Virus record (IMG/VR): IMGVR_UViG_3300027804_000049
Coordinates: 1-64,000 of that record
DNA: 64,000 nt
DNA from: a virus
Strand: one strand, 5' to 3'
Each line of letters starts with the position of its first letter. Within the stretch, counting starts at the first letter, position 1. The position numbers and the translations under genes were made by a program. The notes beneath the pieces are model-generated. The model ran no database searches and was not told where the DNA came from. It was given only the letters and a program-made list of their open reading frames with translations. This document shows, piece by piece, positions 24,602 through 34,278 of this stretch.

Positions 24602-24663
24602 CTAAGTGTGTTTAGCGCGTCACCTACGCATAATATACATAGGTGACGACTAAACGCACTTAG
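24602..24663 (-). other. Long intergenic hairpin (~30-bp imperfect stem)
   Basis: CTAAGTGTGTTTAG..CGTCACCTA / TAGGTGACG..CTAAACGCACTTAG. Confidence 0.8.
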
Positions 24664-25199
24664 AACGGAGAGGCAGGTGCCGCCGCTACTGGTGCAGGTG
24701 CAGGTTCAGCTGCTACAGGTGCAGGTGCTGCAGCTGGTGCAGGTGCAGGTGCAGGAGCAGGAGCTGCTGCTGCAGCAGATGCTGCTGCTACAGGTGCAGC
24801 TGCGTAGTACATCTTGATTTCGTTTTTCTTGTTACCTTGCCAGGTACGTGAACCTACCTGTGCACGGAACGAGCGTCCCTTTAATGCTGCTTCGATTTGA
24901 GCATTTGAAGGATTAGATGCAAAGAACTCGCGGCCAAGACCGAGAGCTCCCATCTTGCGGAAGAACATTCCGAGAGCTGCAGAGTTATCTGGTGTAACTA
25001 CTAAGTTATCCCAAATTAGTCTCTTTGCGTGAGCGCCAGTTGTTACCTGTGCCTTAACTGCAAACATAGTCTTGCCTGATTGCGAGACCTTTGCTGTAGC
25101 CTCTACGATGGTTAAATCATAATCGCCATCGGGTAGAGGTTCATAACTTGCTGATTCACCTGCGTCTTTAACGAGGTCGCCCCAGTTGAGAGTACTCAC
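24660..25199 (-). CDS. Single-stranded DNA-binding protein (DUF669-like)
   Basis: PLPDGDY..S.SGK.M..IWDNL; Ala/Pro tail ending PF; follows the Sak4-like gene. Confidence 0.75.
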   Translation of the reverse strand: MSTLNWGDLVKDAGESASYEPLPDGDYDLTIVEATAKVSQSGKTMFAVKAQVTTGAHAKRLIWDNLVVTPDNSAALGMFFRKMGALGLGREFFASNPSNAQIEAALKGRSFRAQVGSRTWQGNKKNEIKMYYAAAPVAAASAAAAAPAPAPAPAPAAAPAPVAAEPAPAPVAAAPASPF

Positions 25200-25202
25200 T
25201 GA

Positions 25203-25973
25203 TTAGCCTTTCTGTTCTGTTGGTTGTGGTTGTGGTGGTGTCTTTGGACCAAACACGACATCGAGCATGCGCTCAATGCCGAGATTCTCTTGTTCTACTA
25301 TTGCGCCAAGACGTCCTTGAACGCGCTCGCCAGCTTCGTACTCGTTAGTACGTTCTACGTACATGCGTCGCACTTTATATGGAGATTGCAGTGGATCTGG
25401 GTTTGGTAAAGATTCGACTGTCAACGCTCCAAGAATATCATAAAAATATGGTGCTTGGATTGCTAACTGTCCTTGTAAGTATGGACGTGAACGTCCATCA
25501 CTTGAGCGTGCCATTGCAGTTAATACAACAGCTTCTAGTGGGTTAGTTGGGTGCATGGTTAAATCACGTAGGTCACGCAGCAGCGCTCCCATGTGACGAA
25601 GTAGTTCACCCCACTGTTGCATTTTCATTTGTTCATTGCCTGCAATTGAGTCCATACATTTAACCTGTAACTCAGATATTGAGTCAATGATTAAGCTTTT
25701 GAACTGATGCTTACCTAGTTGCAGCCATTGATACGTCTTTATAACTGTATCGTAATCACGGACGGTGACAACACATGTATCCCAGGTACCATCTGCGACA
25801 GGTGGTTCTTCGCGCAGCGGGTCCCAATACTTAACTATGATTGGCAGAAATCGATGTCCGCCTTCAACGTCAAGCATTAGTCGGGGATACGGTGCTGTGA
25901 CAGCAAAGGTGGACTTTCCAACCTTAGACTCTCCATACACCATCATCGTGAGGGATCTTTGTACTTGTGACAT
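25203..25973 (-). CDS. AAA_24/Sak4-like ATPase (recombinase)
   Basis: YGESKVGKST, LDVEGG, IIDSISE. Confidence 0.8.
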   Translation of the reverse strand: MSQVQRSLTMMVYGESKVGKSTFAVTAPYPRLMLDVEGGHRFLPIIVKYWDPLREEPPVADGTWDTCVVTVRDYDTVIKTYQWLQLGKHQFKSLIIDSISELQVKCMDSIAGNEQMKMQQWGELLRHMGALLRDLRDLTMHPTNPLEAVVLTAMARSSDGRSRPYLQGQLAIQAPYFYDILGALTVESLPNPDPLQSPYKVRRMYVERTNEYEAGERVQGRLGAIVEQENLGIERMLDVVFGPKTPPQPQPTEQKG

Positions 25974-25976
25974 GCG

Positions 25977-26906
25977 TCACTCACTTCCTTTCTTCTCTTC
26001 TGTTCCGTAGTATCCATATGGATCTCCTACATCGAACATTTCACTGATTGCTTGTTCGGCGGCGCTTCCGTCGTCTAACAAAGGGCATACAGTGAAAAAC
26101 TGGCATTTCCATTTACAGTCGCGACTTGGGCGCGGGTATGCAACGTAGCGATGATCTGCACCTGCGTCAAGGTCATCGCGTGTTTTCATTAGATCAGTTA
26201 AAACTCCGTTTACTCTTTGCCAAAAAGAACGCAAGGCAAAGACATTGTGACGTACTTCAATTTGATCAAAAAATGGCGGACGTGCATTTGTGCTTCTTTT
26301 TACCTTTTTTAACAAGGTAAATATTCCGCCTTCGCTTCTTTCACCGTCTTTATTTTGCGCTGTCTCGAGTAACATATACGTAAGTATCTGCTCATTCATG
26401 TGTGCCATCGCACCAAAGTCTGTAAATGATCCACCGACAGTCTTAAAGTCGCGGAACATACGCACACCATCAGCCTTACGACGAACACGCATATCGATCT
26501 TTCCTTGAAGCTCTACGCGTCCTTCAAGCATTGGCATTGAAATAATTTCCTCGGTAGAGATCATCTCAAGCTCTGAGTCAATTCCATTTTCCTCTACCCA
26601 TTGCAGGTAACCTTCAAGCATGATGCGCCCAAGCTCTGCCTCAGAGTCAAGATCGTAAGTATCACGAAATGAATCCTCTAACGCCTTACGGTCTGTTGCA
26701 ACTAACATAGAGTGCGCCTCTAAAAGTGGAATACTTTTTGAGTAGTAATCATCAAGTGCCTGGTGAATACGACTTCCAAGTGCGAGCGCACCTGTCATCT
26801 GCTGTGTTTTAGGTTGTAAGCGTCTATAGTAACTTAACCACCACTTACGCTTGCAGTCCTTATACGTTTGAACTTCAGAGTTAGAAATCTTTATAGGCTC
26901 TGTCAT
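25977..26906 (-). CDS. PD-(D/E)xK Cas4/RecB-like exonuclease
   Basis: N-terminal C..KW, G..IH, GKID..RDFKT, Q...Y, CKWKCQF...C. Confidence 0.8.
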   Translation of the reverse strand: MTEPIKISNSEVQTYKDCKRKWWLSYYRRLQPKTQQMTGALALGSRIHQALDDYYSKSIPLLEAHSMLVATDRKALEDSFRDTYDLDSEAELGRIMLEGYLQWVEENGIDSELEMISTEEIISMPMLEGRVELQGKIDMRVRRKADGVRMFRDFKTVGGSFTDFGAMAHMNEQILTYMLLETAQNKDGERSEGGIFTLLKKVKRSTNARPPFFDQIEVRHNVFALRSFWQRVNGVLTDLMKTRDDLDAGADHRYVAYPRPSRDCKWKCQFFTVCPLLDDGSAAEQAISEMFDVGDPYGYYGTEEKKGSE

Positions 26907-28708
26907 AGTTTTCCTGCCTTATCGTCTTTAAGTAAGCTAAGTAGCTTGTCTTTGTCACGAACAATTTGTTCGAAGTTGTCTGCCTTGGTTTCAAGAACTT
27001 GAATCACCCGTTCCTCGATAGTTCCTTCAGTAACATAGTCTGTCACAATAATTGAGTCATGAATTTCTGATCCAATACGGTGTACACGATCTAAAGCCTG
27101 TCTGTGATCAACAAGTGACCATGGACGTTGCAACATGATTAGGCGACGTGCGGCAGTGAGTGTAATGCCAACGCCGCCTGCCTGCGCGGTAAAAAGAATC
27201 CACTTAATCTTTCCTGCTTGAAAATCATCTACTGCCTGCTGTCTTTCGTCTTCGTTTTGAGCTCCAGTGATAAGACCGTGTCGTATACCTTCCTTAGTTA
27301 GTGCAGCGCTTAAAAGATAAATTAACTGTCTTGAGACTGCACATACGGCGACCGAGTCATTTCCAAAGTCACCACTTTTTATATCGTCCATCAAGGCATC
27401 AACCTTACACGATGGCTCGGTAAGTACCGCCTTTATCTCACCTGTAGTTTCGTTTACTGCCATCTCTGCGTATGAGCTTGCAAACTGTAAAAGACGAATT
27501 GTTTGTGTAAGTGCTGACGGCGCGGTTATTGCATCTCCATTTTCTAACTCTGCAATCATCATGTCACGCATTTGCTTATAAGCTTTTTCCTGCTTGGTTG
27601 ACATCTCAACGTCGCGACGCTCGAACATCATCTCAGGTAGCCAAGGAAGAACCTTAGCCTTAAGCATACGACGCATGCGTGGGTTTATTGCTGCATAAAA
27701 TTCTTGTTCCATATGAGGCTTTACGCCTAAAACCATCATGCCACCAAAGGCATTAAGCATGGTGTTAATCATTCTGTCAACCCAACGTGTCTTACTTGGC
27801 CACTCATTTGGACTTAGCCAGTGAAGAATTGACCATAGATCTAAAACATCATTTGCAATTGGCGTTCCTGTAAGTGCAAATCTAATATCCGCATCACCTG
27901 TGGCGGCCCAGAGCGCACGAGTTTGCTTTGACTTTGCTTCCTTGGATCTGTGAATTTCATCAGCTATAACTGCCTTAAAATCAATGTTGTTTAATTCACG
28001 CAGATGAACTTCGCAGCGATTTTCCGAAACCTTTTCATCGTGCCCGCCGCAGGACTGACACCTTGCTAGAGCAATTGACCCATAACCTGCCAGGCGGGAA
28101 TGAGTTCTTAAACCTTCCCAGTTAATTACATAAACATCGGCTGGTTCCATAAATTGCTTACGACGTTGACCTGCGCTTCCTTTGATGACTTGCACGTTTA
28201 CGTCTGGCCACCATTTTACAAACTCACGCTTCCAGTTTTTCTTTAGGGTGTTAGGGCAAACTACCAAGGCAGGAAATATATCTTCACCTGAGTCCTTAAA
28301 TGCCTTTAAGGCACGTATTGCCTGGGCAGTCTTACCAAGGCCAGGCTCGTCGGCAAGTAATGCTCTACGGGCAGTCTTTAAAAATGCAACGCCTGCCCTT
28401 TGATGCGGAAATAGGTCCGCATTAGAGAGGTCCTCTAGGGTCTCTAGGTCACGAAGATTATTCGCTGGGGTAATCCGATTGGCAAGCTCACCAGTGGCCC
28501 AGTCGGTCAATTTAGGGCCAATAATTAGGTCATTTCTAAAGGTAGATCTCAACGCGAGACACGTTGCCCAGCTCAATGGGACTGTCCACACGCTTAGCTT
28601 TGTATCCCACTTTGCGCCAGGTAAACTTTTACAAAGTTCCTTAAAGCGCCACTCAGCATTGATTACTACGTGCTTGTTTAAGTCGTCAAGCTCTACGTTC
28701 ACAGACAC
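26903..28708 (-). CDS. SNF2-family helicase
   Basis: LADEPGLGKT, DEIH, LTGTP, QA.DRVHRIG. Confidence 0.9.
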   Translation of the reverse strand: MSVNVELDDLNKHVVINAEWRFKELCKSLPGAKWDTKLSVWTVPLSWATCLALRSTFRNDLIIGPKLTDWATGELANRITPANNLRDLETLEDLSNADLFPHQRAGVAFLKTARRALLADEPGLGKTAQAIRALKAFKDSGEDIFPALVVCPNTLKKNWKREFVKWWPDVNVQVIKGSAGQRRKQFMEPADVYVINWEGLRTHSRLAGYGSIALARCQSCGGHDEKVSENRCEVHLRELNNIDFKAVIADEIHRSKEAKSKQTRALWAATGDADIRFALTGTPIANDVLDLWSILHWLSPNEWPSKTRWVDRMINTMLNAFGGMMVLGVKPHMEQEFYAAINPRMRRMLKAKVLPWLPEMMFERRDVEMSTKQEKAYKQMRDMMIAELENGDAITAPSALTQTIRLLQFASSYAEMAVNETTGEIKAVLTEPSCKVDALMDDIKSGDFGNDSVAVCAVSRQLIYLLSAALTKEGIRHGLITGAQNEDERQQAVDDFQAGKIKWILFTAQAGGVGITLTAARRLIMLQRPWSLVDHRQALDRVHRIGSEIHDSIIVTDYVTEGTIEERVIQVLETKADNFEQIVRDKDKLLSLLKDDKAGKL

Positions 28709-28793
28709 CTAAAAGGTTCCTTTCGTCATTAAGTCGTTATACTAACAGGTTTTGATAAAAAAGTAACTACATTTTGACCTAGTATGTAGATTT

Positions 28794-29246
28794 TTATTGA
28801 AGCAGGCGCAAAGGCTTCCATCCTAGCTTTACACAGCGTAAAAGGCCGTGACGTATGGCATCAAGTGCGTGGCCTTCGCCTCCCTTGTGCCAGTACTCTA
28901 ATTTCTTCAATTTTGAGTTATCAAACATTCCTTTTGCGTCAGAAGGCGATTGAAAATATATGTCATCTGGTTTTCTTCCAACGTCAATAAGACACTGCTT
29001 GAGGACCCCTATTTGTTCTAACGAAAAAGGCGCCTGGCTGTTTCTTACTGTTTGTGCGTTTATGACAAACCGTTCACATATAACCTCGGCCACAGGATTA
29101 TTTTTTAGAACCTCGCGTATCGGCTTGGCGTATTCCTCCTGTTGAACCTCCATTGACCAAACAAGCACAGGCTCCTGTCCGCTTGTGAACTCAAACAACG
29201 CAAGACCTGTTGCCTTCCCTGGATCAACTGCAAGTATCTGCTTCAT
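28794..29246 (-). CDS. RuvC-like Holliday junction resolvase
   Basis: LAVDPGKATG, ERF, HALDA. Confidence 0.7.
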   Translation of the reverse strand: MKQILAVDPGKATGLALFEFTSGQEPVLVWSMEVQQEEYAKPIREVLKNNPVAEVICERFVINAQTVRNSQAPFSLEQIGVLKQCLIDVGRKPDDIYFQSPSDAKGMFDNSKLKKLEYWHKGGEGHALDAIRHGLLRCVKLGWKPLRLLQ

Positions 29247-31069
29247 CGATATTTTTCTCCCCAGTTTTCCATAGGTCCGTCAATTCCTGCAGTAAGAGGA
29301 ACATCCCAACCTTGTGTAGTTGTCATGCACTGTTGAACTATCTTTTTAATTTCCTCTGCGTCCTTGCGCGGTGCGTTAAGCACAATTTCATCGTGCACTG
29401 GAACGATAAGAAGTTCAGTTAAGTCAGCTTGATCTAACTTGACAAGGTTTGCCTTAAATACCTCGGCAGCGCCTCCTTGGATTAAATAATTCACCAAGGT
29501 GTAAACTCTATCCTCGTCACACGGCAGTCTTCTGCCTGTCCATGTATATACGTACCCTTGACCTTCTGCTTTTAAGCGACGCATTCCAGCATCTTCAATT
29601 TGACGTTGAAAGTGCGCCATTCCAGGAAACCTTGTATCAAAAGCGTCTGATACAGATCTCATCTGCCCTTCTTGTACTCTAGCTGTAATTGCTTGTTTTG
29701 CGACTCCAGCTCCGTAAAGACGACCGTATACCGTTCCTTTAATAAGGTTACGACGCTTATCTGAGCGTTGCATATTTGGATCGTTGTAGATTTCTTTACC
29801 AATTTCCGTAAACGGATCTGACCCGGTAGCATCAGCTCTATTGAATAGGTTGATGAGATTTGGATCTTGCGAAAGTGAGGCAAACATTCTGAACTCAACT
29901 TGGTCAAGGTCGCTGGTAACAATGACATGTTCATCGTCCTTTGGTATAAATGCCGTGCGAACAGTGTCATCACCCTTGGGCAATGTTTGCAAGGCTGGAT
30001 TTTGTATGCTCATACGACTTGTGCGAGCACCAAGTGTTTTTACGGAAGGGTGAACTACTCCGTTTACGTTATCGCTTAAGAAGTTTGAAAAATAAGTATT
30101 TGCAAGCTTGTCTGCCTTACGCTGTTTTAACACAATTTCGGCAAGATTTTTTACGTCATCGTTTCCGTTAATGGTAAGTAGATTTAATTGATCCTTTGTT
30201 GCAGATTTTTGTCCTGTAGGTGTAAATTCTGTAATTTCCGCGCCTAGTTTCTCAAAAAGACGCACCAGTTGAATGTTACTTGATATAGAAGTGCCATTGT
30301 AGGCCTGCTTAGCCCAATCTTTTACTGATTGGCTATAGTCATTTAGCTCTTGATACTTTCTCTTAGAGTACTCAAGGTCTACGCGCGCTCCATTTATCTC
30401 CATACGTGTAACAATCTTGCGCGCAGCCATTTCAAGCTCGTAAGCGCGGTTATATGGACCTGTAGGACCGCACTTTTCGTAGAACATCTCCCATAGACGC
30501 ATTGTAAGTACCGTATCAAGTGCACCATACGCCCAGTAAGGTTCAAAGTTTACTGGAACTGTTCCCCACGTCCAACCGTTTTCAATAAGCTTAACGTCTA
30601 AGGTATCTTGCAACGCAACTGCACGTCCGTCAACATATAATGCGGCAAGTTGCTTTAATGCACCAGATCCTAAAGGATCAATTATATGTGCCATAATCAT
30701 AGTGTCGTGTGACCTATGCCATGGAATGTCCCAACGAGATTGAACTGCAAACCAGCGAGCCTCAAACGCAATGTTGTGACAAACTAACTGGCCATCAAAC
30801 TTATCCATTGCCTCATAAAATACACCTGCCCACTCCTGCCACGGAATTGCCCAACCTTGCTGTCCATCTCCAACTTGAACAAGGCGTAGTTGGCCATGCC
30901 AGGGAGACAACGCGTCTTTTCTTTCTCCACCAGGCTTTTCACCAGTTTCAGTGTCAACTGCAATTGCGTTGTGTGGGCGTCTTTCACCGAGCCAACGTAT
31001 AAAAGCCTCTGCCTTTTCTACGTTGTCTACGAGGTGAAGTTTAACGTCACCTAGTCCACTATCTGTCAT
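29243..31069 (-). CDS. polA: Family A DNA polymerase (3'-5' exonuclease + polymerase)
   Basis: DTET, HNIAFE, YGALD; DLDQVEFR (A), KGTVYGRLYG (B), VHDE (C). Confidence 0.93.
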   Translation of the reverse strand: MTDSGLGDVKLHLVDNVEKAEAFIRWLGERRPHNAIAVDTETGEKPGGERKDALSPWHGQLRLVQVGDGQQGWAIPWQEWAGVFYEAMDKFDGQLVCHNIAFEARWFAVQSRWDIPWHRSHDTMIMAHIIDPLGSGALKQLAALYVDGRAVALQDTLDVKLIENGWTWGTVPVNFEPYWAYGALDTVLTMRLWEMFYEKCGPTGPYNRAYELEMAARKIVTRMEINGARVDLEYSKRKYQELNDYSQSVKDWAKQAYNGTSISSNIQLVRLFEKLGAEITEFTPTGQKSATKDQLNLLTINGNDDVKNLAEIVLKQRKADKLANTYFSNFLSDNVNGVVHPSVKTLGARTSRMSIQNPALQTLPKGDDTVRTAFIPKDDEHVIVTSDLDQVEFRMFASLSQDPNLINLFNRADATGSDPFTEIGKEIYNDPNMQRSDKRRNLIKGTVYGRLYGAGVAKQAITARVQEGQMRSVSDAFDTRFPGMAHFQRQIEDAGMRRLKAEGQGYVYTWTGRRLPCDEDRVYTLVNYLIQGGAAEVFKANLVKLDQADLTELLIVPVHDEIVLNAPRKDAEEIKKIVQQCMTTTQGWDVPLTAGIDGPMENWGEKYR

Positions 31070-31559
31070 TTACATCCTTTGTTATTGTTACTTCTATATT
31101 ACACTGTAAAAAGTACTCTACGGTCTCATCAGGAAGACGATGAGATGCGCGAGTGCCAATTCTCATAACAACACGACGTATTCCAGCGTTTGATATTAGC
31201 TTTGCACACTGATAACATGCTGCATCAGTTATGTATATGGTTCCACCTTCAACCCGTGAGCGGTCTACGTATAAAAGCGCATTTGCCTCCGCATGTATTG
31301 ATGGGCAAGAGTCATACGTATTTGTCAAAGGAACTACTCCTTGCGCGCGTGGGCACCATTCAATGCAGTCACCTTCAACCGAAAGAGTTGACGCAGGGCC
31401 GTTGTATCCTGTTGCACTTACGCGTTGGTCCTTTGAGATAACAACTGCGCCTATTTGCGCACGACTACAGCGTGAACGTTTGGCAATTGAGTCTGCCACC
31501 GACATCCACGTTTCGTCCCAGGAGGGTCTAGTCAGATGATTCAGGTGGTCCTCCAACAA
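31059..31559 (-). CDS. dCMP deaminase
   Basis: RPSWDE..RS.C.R..GAV, TGYNG, HAEANA, CYQC. Confidence 0.88.
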   Translation of the reverse strand: MLEDHLNHLTRPSWDETWMSVADSIAKRSRCSRAQIGAVVISKDQRVSATGYNGPASTLSVEGDCIEWCPRAQGVVPLTNTYDSCPSIHAEANALLYVDRSRVEGGTIYITDAACYQCAKLISNAGIRRVVMRIGTRASHRLPDETVEYFLQCNIEVTITKDVNDR

Positions 31560-31728
31560 TCATGCTGTTAAAAAGCTTGCTAACTAAAAACATAGCTTCT
31601 TTACGAGTAAACCCAGCCGCCTGTAATTGAGTATACATCTCATGAAGTTGAACCATGGCAGCCTTCATTGGGCTTTCATACATGTCTTCAATTTCACGTT
31701 TTAATTTTTTCATTTTCTCTTCATCCAT
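31528..31728 (-). CDS. Hypothetical small protein
   Basis: LHEMY..L..AGFT..EA; operon packing. Confidence 0.55.
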   Translation of the reverse strand: MDEEKMKKLKREIEDMYESPMKAAMVQLHEMYTQLQAAGFTRKEAMFLVSKLFNSMIVGGPPESSD

Positions 31729-32587
31729 TTAATTTTTCCTTATTCTTCTCAATGGCGCGTATCATTGCACTAGCGTACCATCCTTCAAACGGGTGAAGTC
31801 TATAACGTAACATTGTCTCGTCTCTATGCTGAGCAGCGGTTAGCGCACTTAAGGCGTATGATGAAACTTGTTGCCAAGTTAATCCAGTGATGGCTGGAAC
31901 ATCCTCGTATTTGTCTGCGTACTTTAACTTATCAGCCATATCATAGTGTTGCTCGTAGATATGAAGAGATCCAACATGGTGCGTGTAGTTGCCAGGCTCA
32001 ATACCTAAGACAGATGCAATTGCAAGTTGAACACGTGTAAATTGAAAGAAGTCATACGCAGCTCCAAGCCACACGTCGTTCGAGCGCATGAACACAGTCA
32101 TATTTAACTTATTGTCACGTATTCTAAATTGGTGAAGTATCGTGCAAGGGTAATCACGTTTCTTTGGAAGTAGATCAAGCTCAGGATTCCATATCGTAAC
32201 AACTGCCTGTCTTGTGTCTGGATCCTGCCTTAGTCTTTCAATAATCTTTTCATATTGCCCTTGAGTTCTAAGACCATATGCGCCATGGAATAGTCCGTTG
32301 TCCTCAGCGTAGTTCTTAAATTGTGGACCAACTGCAATGACAAGTTTTGGCGTTGATATTCCAGCGAGAAGTTGACATGCCTCAACCGCACCAATACCTG
32401 GAACAGTTCCGCGTCCTACACCTAATGGTAGGGTGTTCTTTACATCATCAATACGAATTACCGCGTCCTCGATCTCACGGGTCTTCATTCCGCGCGGAGC
32501 GGTTTCTCGACCGTGCTCTAAGACGTGTTTAACAAGATCAACGTACCCGTTAACTCCGTCTGGTATGTTTATTATCGCAGTATCCAC
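31721..32587 (-). CDS. Thymidylate synthase homologue, dCMP-specific type (T4 gp42-like dCMP hydroxymethylase/modifier)
   Basis: PRG, AYG, DTRQA, DYPCT, MRSNDVWLGAAYD (Asp at the dUMP-selecting Asn site), SLHIY. Confidence 0.82.
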   Translation of the reverse strand: MDTAIINIPDGVNGYVDLVKHVLEHGRETAPRGMKTREIEDAVIRIDDVKNTLPLGVGRGTVPGIGAVEACQLLAGISTPKLVIAVGPQFKNYAEDNGLFHGAYGLRTQGQYEKIIERLRQDPDTRQAVVTIWNPELDLLPKKRDYPCTILHQFRIRDNKLNMTVFMRSNDVWLGAAYDFFQFTRVQLAIASVLGIEPGNYTHHVGSLHIYEQHYDMADKLKYADKYEDVPAITGLTWQQVSSYALSALTAAQHRDETMLRYRLHPFEGWYASAMIRAIEKNKEKLNG

Positions 32588-33585
32588 TGGCTCTCCCTGT
32601 TATATCGTAGTGATTGCTTAAATATCTCGTGCCCGTAATCTAGCTTGCGCGCGTTAGAGAAACGTCGTACATATTGCGGATGAGGAAGAACAACGTATTG
32701 GTGTTCCTTAAATCCATGAGCCTTTAGTCCTTTTTCTGCTAGGGTCCCAAGCGCAATTATTCTTGGTCTTTTTAATACCTGCCACAACTCGTCAACCTGT
32801 GTAACGTGCTCATCATTTACATTTATAATTCCTACAGTCTTCCAAGAGTTGCCTGGAAGAGATGATAACAAGAAATCACCAGAGTTTCCATCAACAGGCA
32901 TAAAGGGTAATATTGTCTCCTTGCCATAAGCTTCCTTTATATTTTGTCTATCTCCAACGAGTAGTACCTGCGCGTCATAACGTCCAATATACCAAGGAAA
33001 TTGTTTAAGACTATCTGCCTTAGTTGCCGCGTAGTGTGAATTACTTATTATTCTTTCCGCGAGCATGGGAATATCCTGTAGAGATTCGCTTGATGGGTTT
33101 AACATCTCGAACTCTGTGGCAACCTCGTCTGCCGCAAGTCGATATTGACCAAGGATCTTGTAAAGCTCATCGACAGTTACGTAATCGTCACCGCGAGATG
33201 AAAGACGACGTTGAATCACGTCTAAAGGTTGATAAAGCCAAAATTGATGAACACCGCGAGAGGCAAGAAAGAGTTCAACCCAACGCCAACCTGCAACGCC
33301 AAGTAAACCATAGCCGTCAGAGTCTGACTCAGGACGTTTTAATGGCGCATATGTGATTTCGCCCCAGTGCCAGCGATCTGCAACCGCAAGTCGTTTTGTC
33401 CAGTCAATATCCTGTATTGAGTTTACGTAATCATTTAATACCCAACGACGAGTCATCATATCTGGCTTTGATTTATGAAAAAATTCTACGTTATTGTTAG
33501 GAAACATTGACTTTAGTTGATGCTCGATCTCGGACACAAGAGTAGACTTACCAGAGGCGTCTGTACCTTCAACTACTATAAACAT
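32572..33585 (-). CDS. Nucleotide monophosphate kinase fused to a UDG-superfamily domain
   Basis: EGTDASGKST, DRWHWGE..Y; C-terminal VLLVGD, PF..NSG..L, IIALG..A, PHPQY. Confidence 0.75.
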   Translation of the reverse strand: MFIVVEGTDASGKSTLVSEIEHQLKSMFPNNNVEFFHKSKPDMMTRRWVLNDYVNSIQDIDWTKRLAVADRWHWGEITYAPLKRPESDSDGYGLLGVAGWRWVELFLASRGVHQFWLYQPLDVIQRRLSSRGDDYVTVDELYKILGQYRLAADEVATEFEMLNPSSESLQDIPMLAERIISNSHYAATKADSLKQFPWYIGRYDAQVLLVGDRQNIKEAYGKETILPFMPVDGNSGDFLLSSLPGNSWKTVGIINVNDEHVTQVDELWQVLKRPRIIALGTLAEKGLKAHGFKEHQYVVLPHPQYVRRFSNARKLDYGHEIFKQSLRYNRESQWILR

Positions 33586-33632
33586 TATGCGTCCTTTTGT
33601 CGTGAGTTAATATTATATCACTAATTTTGCGT

Positions 33633-34103
33633 TTAAGGAATAAGCTCTACCCTATAAATAGACTCGATTCCTTTATCAATATCTGAGGCGTCCTCTAGTA
33701 ATCTTTGAGCCACATTGGTTAGGTAACGGGCTCCACCTTGGTCATATTTGTATAAGGCATCTAAGACTGGAGTAGGCTCCTCAGATACCTGTGCCCAGTA
33801 GCGATGCTTTTCAGGAAATATCATAGCCACATTGCGAGTTGGAAAGCACTGCTCGCAAGGAACTGCGTCACTATCTAAGTTTAAGGAAGGCATCTCATTT
33901 AATCCATATCTTTTGACCAGTGGACACGCTGCTCCGTGGAATATTAGTGAAACTCCAACACGAGAAAGAATGTAAGATCCATTGTCAGTTTTATACAGCT
34001 TAAACTCAATCCAGCGATACGAACCTTGTCTCCATGAAGAAGACTCAGCAAGAAGCTTGCCGCTAAATTGAAGGGTGCGTGATCCGTCCTTGACCTCATG
34101 CAT
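33633..34103 (-). CDS. Hypothetical protein (156 aa)
   Basis: ORF with H..C and CxxC; TAATG coupling to the upstream ORF. Confidence 0.65.
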   Translation of the reverse strand: MHEVKDGSRTLQFSGKLLAESSSWRQGSYRWIEFKLYKTDNGSYILSRVGVSLIFHGAACPLVKRYGLNEMPSLNLDSDAVPCEQCFPTRNVAMIFPEKHRYWAQVSEEPTPVLDALYKYDQGGARYLTNVAQRLLEDASDIDKGIESIYRVELIP

Positions 34104-34276
34104 TATTTTTTATCCGCCAAGTCTACACTGCCATTCGCAATGTCATTTACACGAGATAAAAGTGTGATGTCGGCGCGCAATGAAGCAATTTGAGCCTCAT
34201 ACATCATCACAAGTTCGCCAATGCGCTGTTGTAGCGCTATAGCCATCAGTTCGTATTTGTCCTTTGGCTGGTCCAT
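34103..34276 (-). CDS. Small coiled-coil protein, not in the ORF track (57 aa, MDQPKDKYELMAIALQQRIGEL...)
   Basis: Read by hand; fills the gap between neighbouring ORFs. Confidence 0.6.
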   Translation of the reverse strand: MDQPKDKYELMAIALQQRIGELVMMYEAQIASLRADITLLSRVNDIANGSVDLADKK

Positions 34277-34278
34277 AG

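Noticed and set aside
25977-26906. Cas4 as evidence of CRISPR-Cas
   Set aside because: Stand-alone phage exonuclease in a Sak4/SSB recombination module; no array or other cas genes
31721-32587. Ordinary ThyA
   Set aside because: Has PCT and Asp at the specificity position, not PCH and Asn
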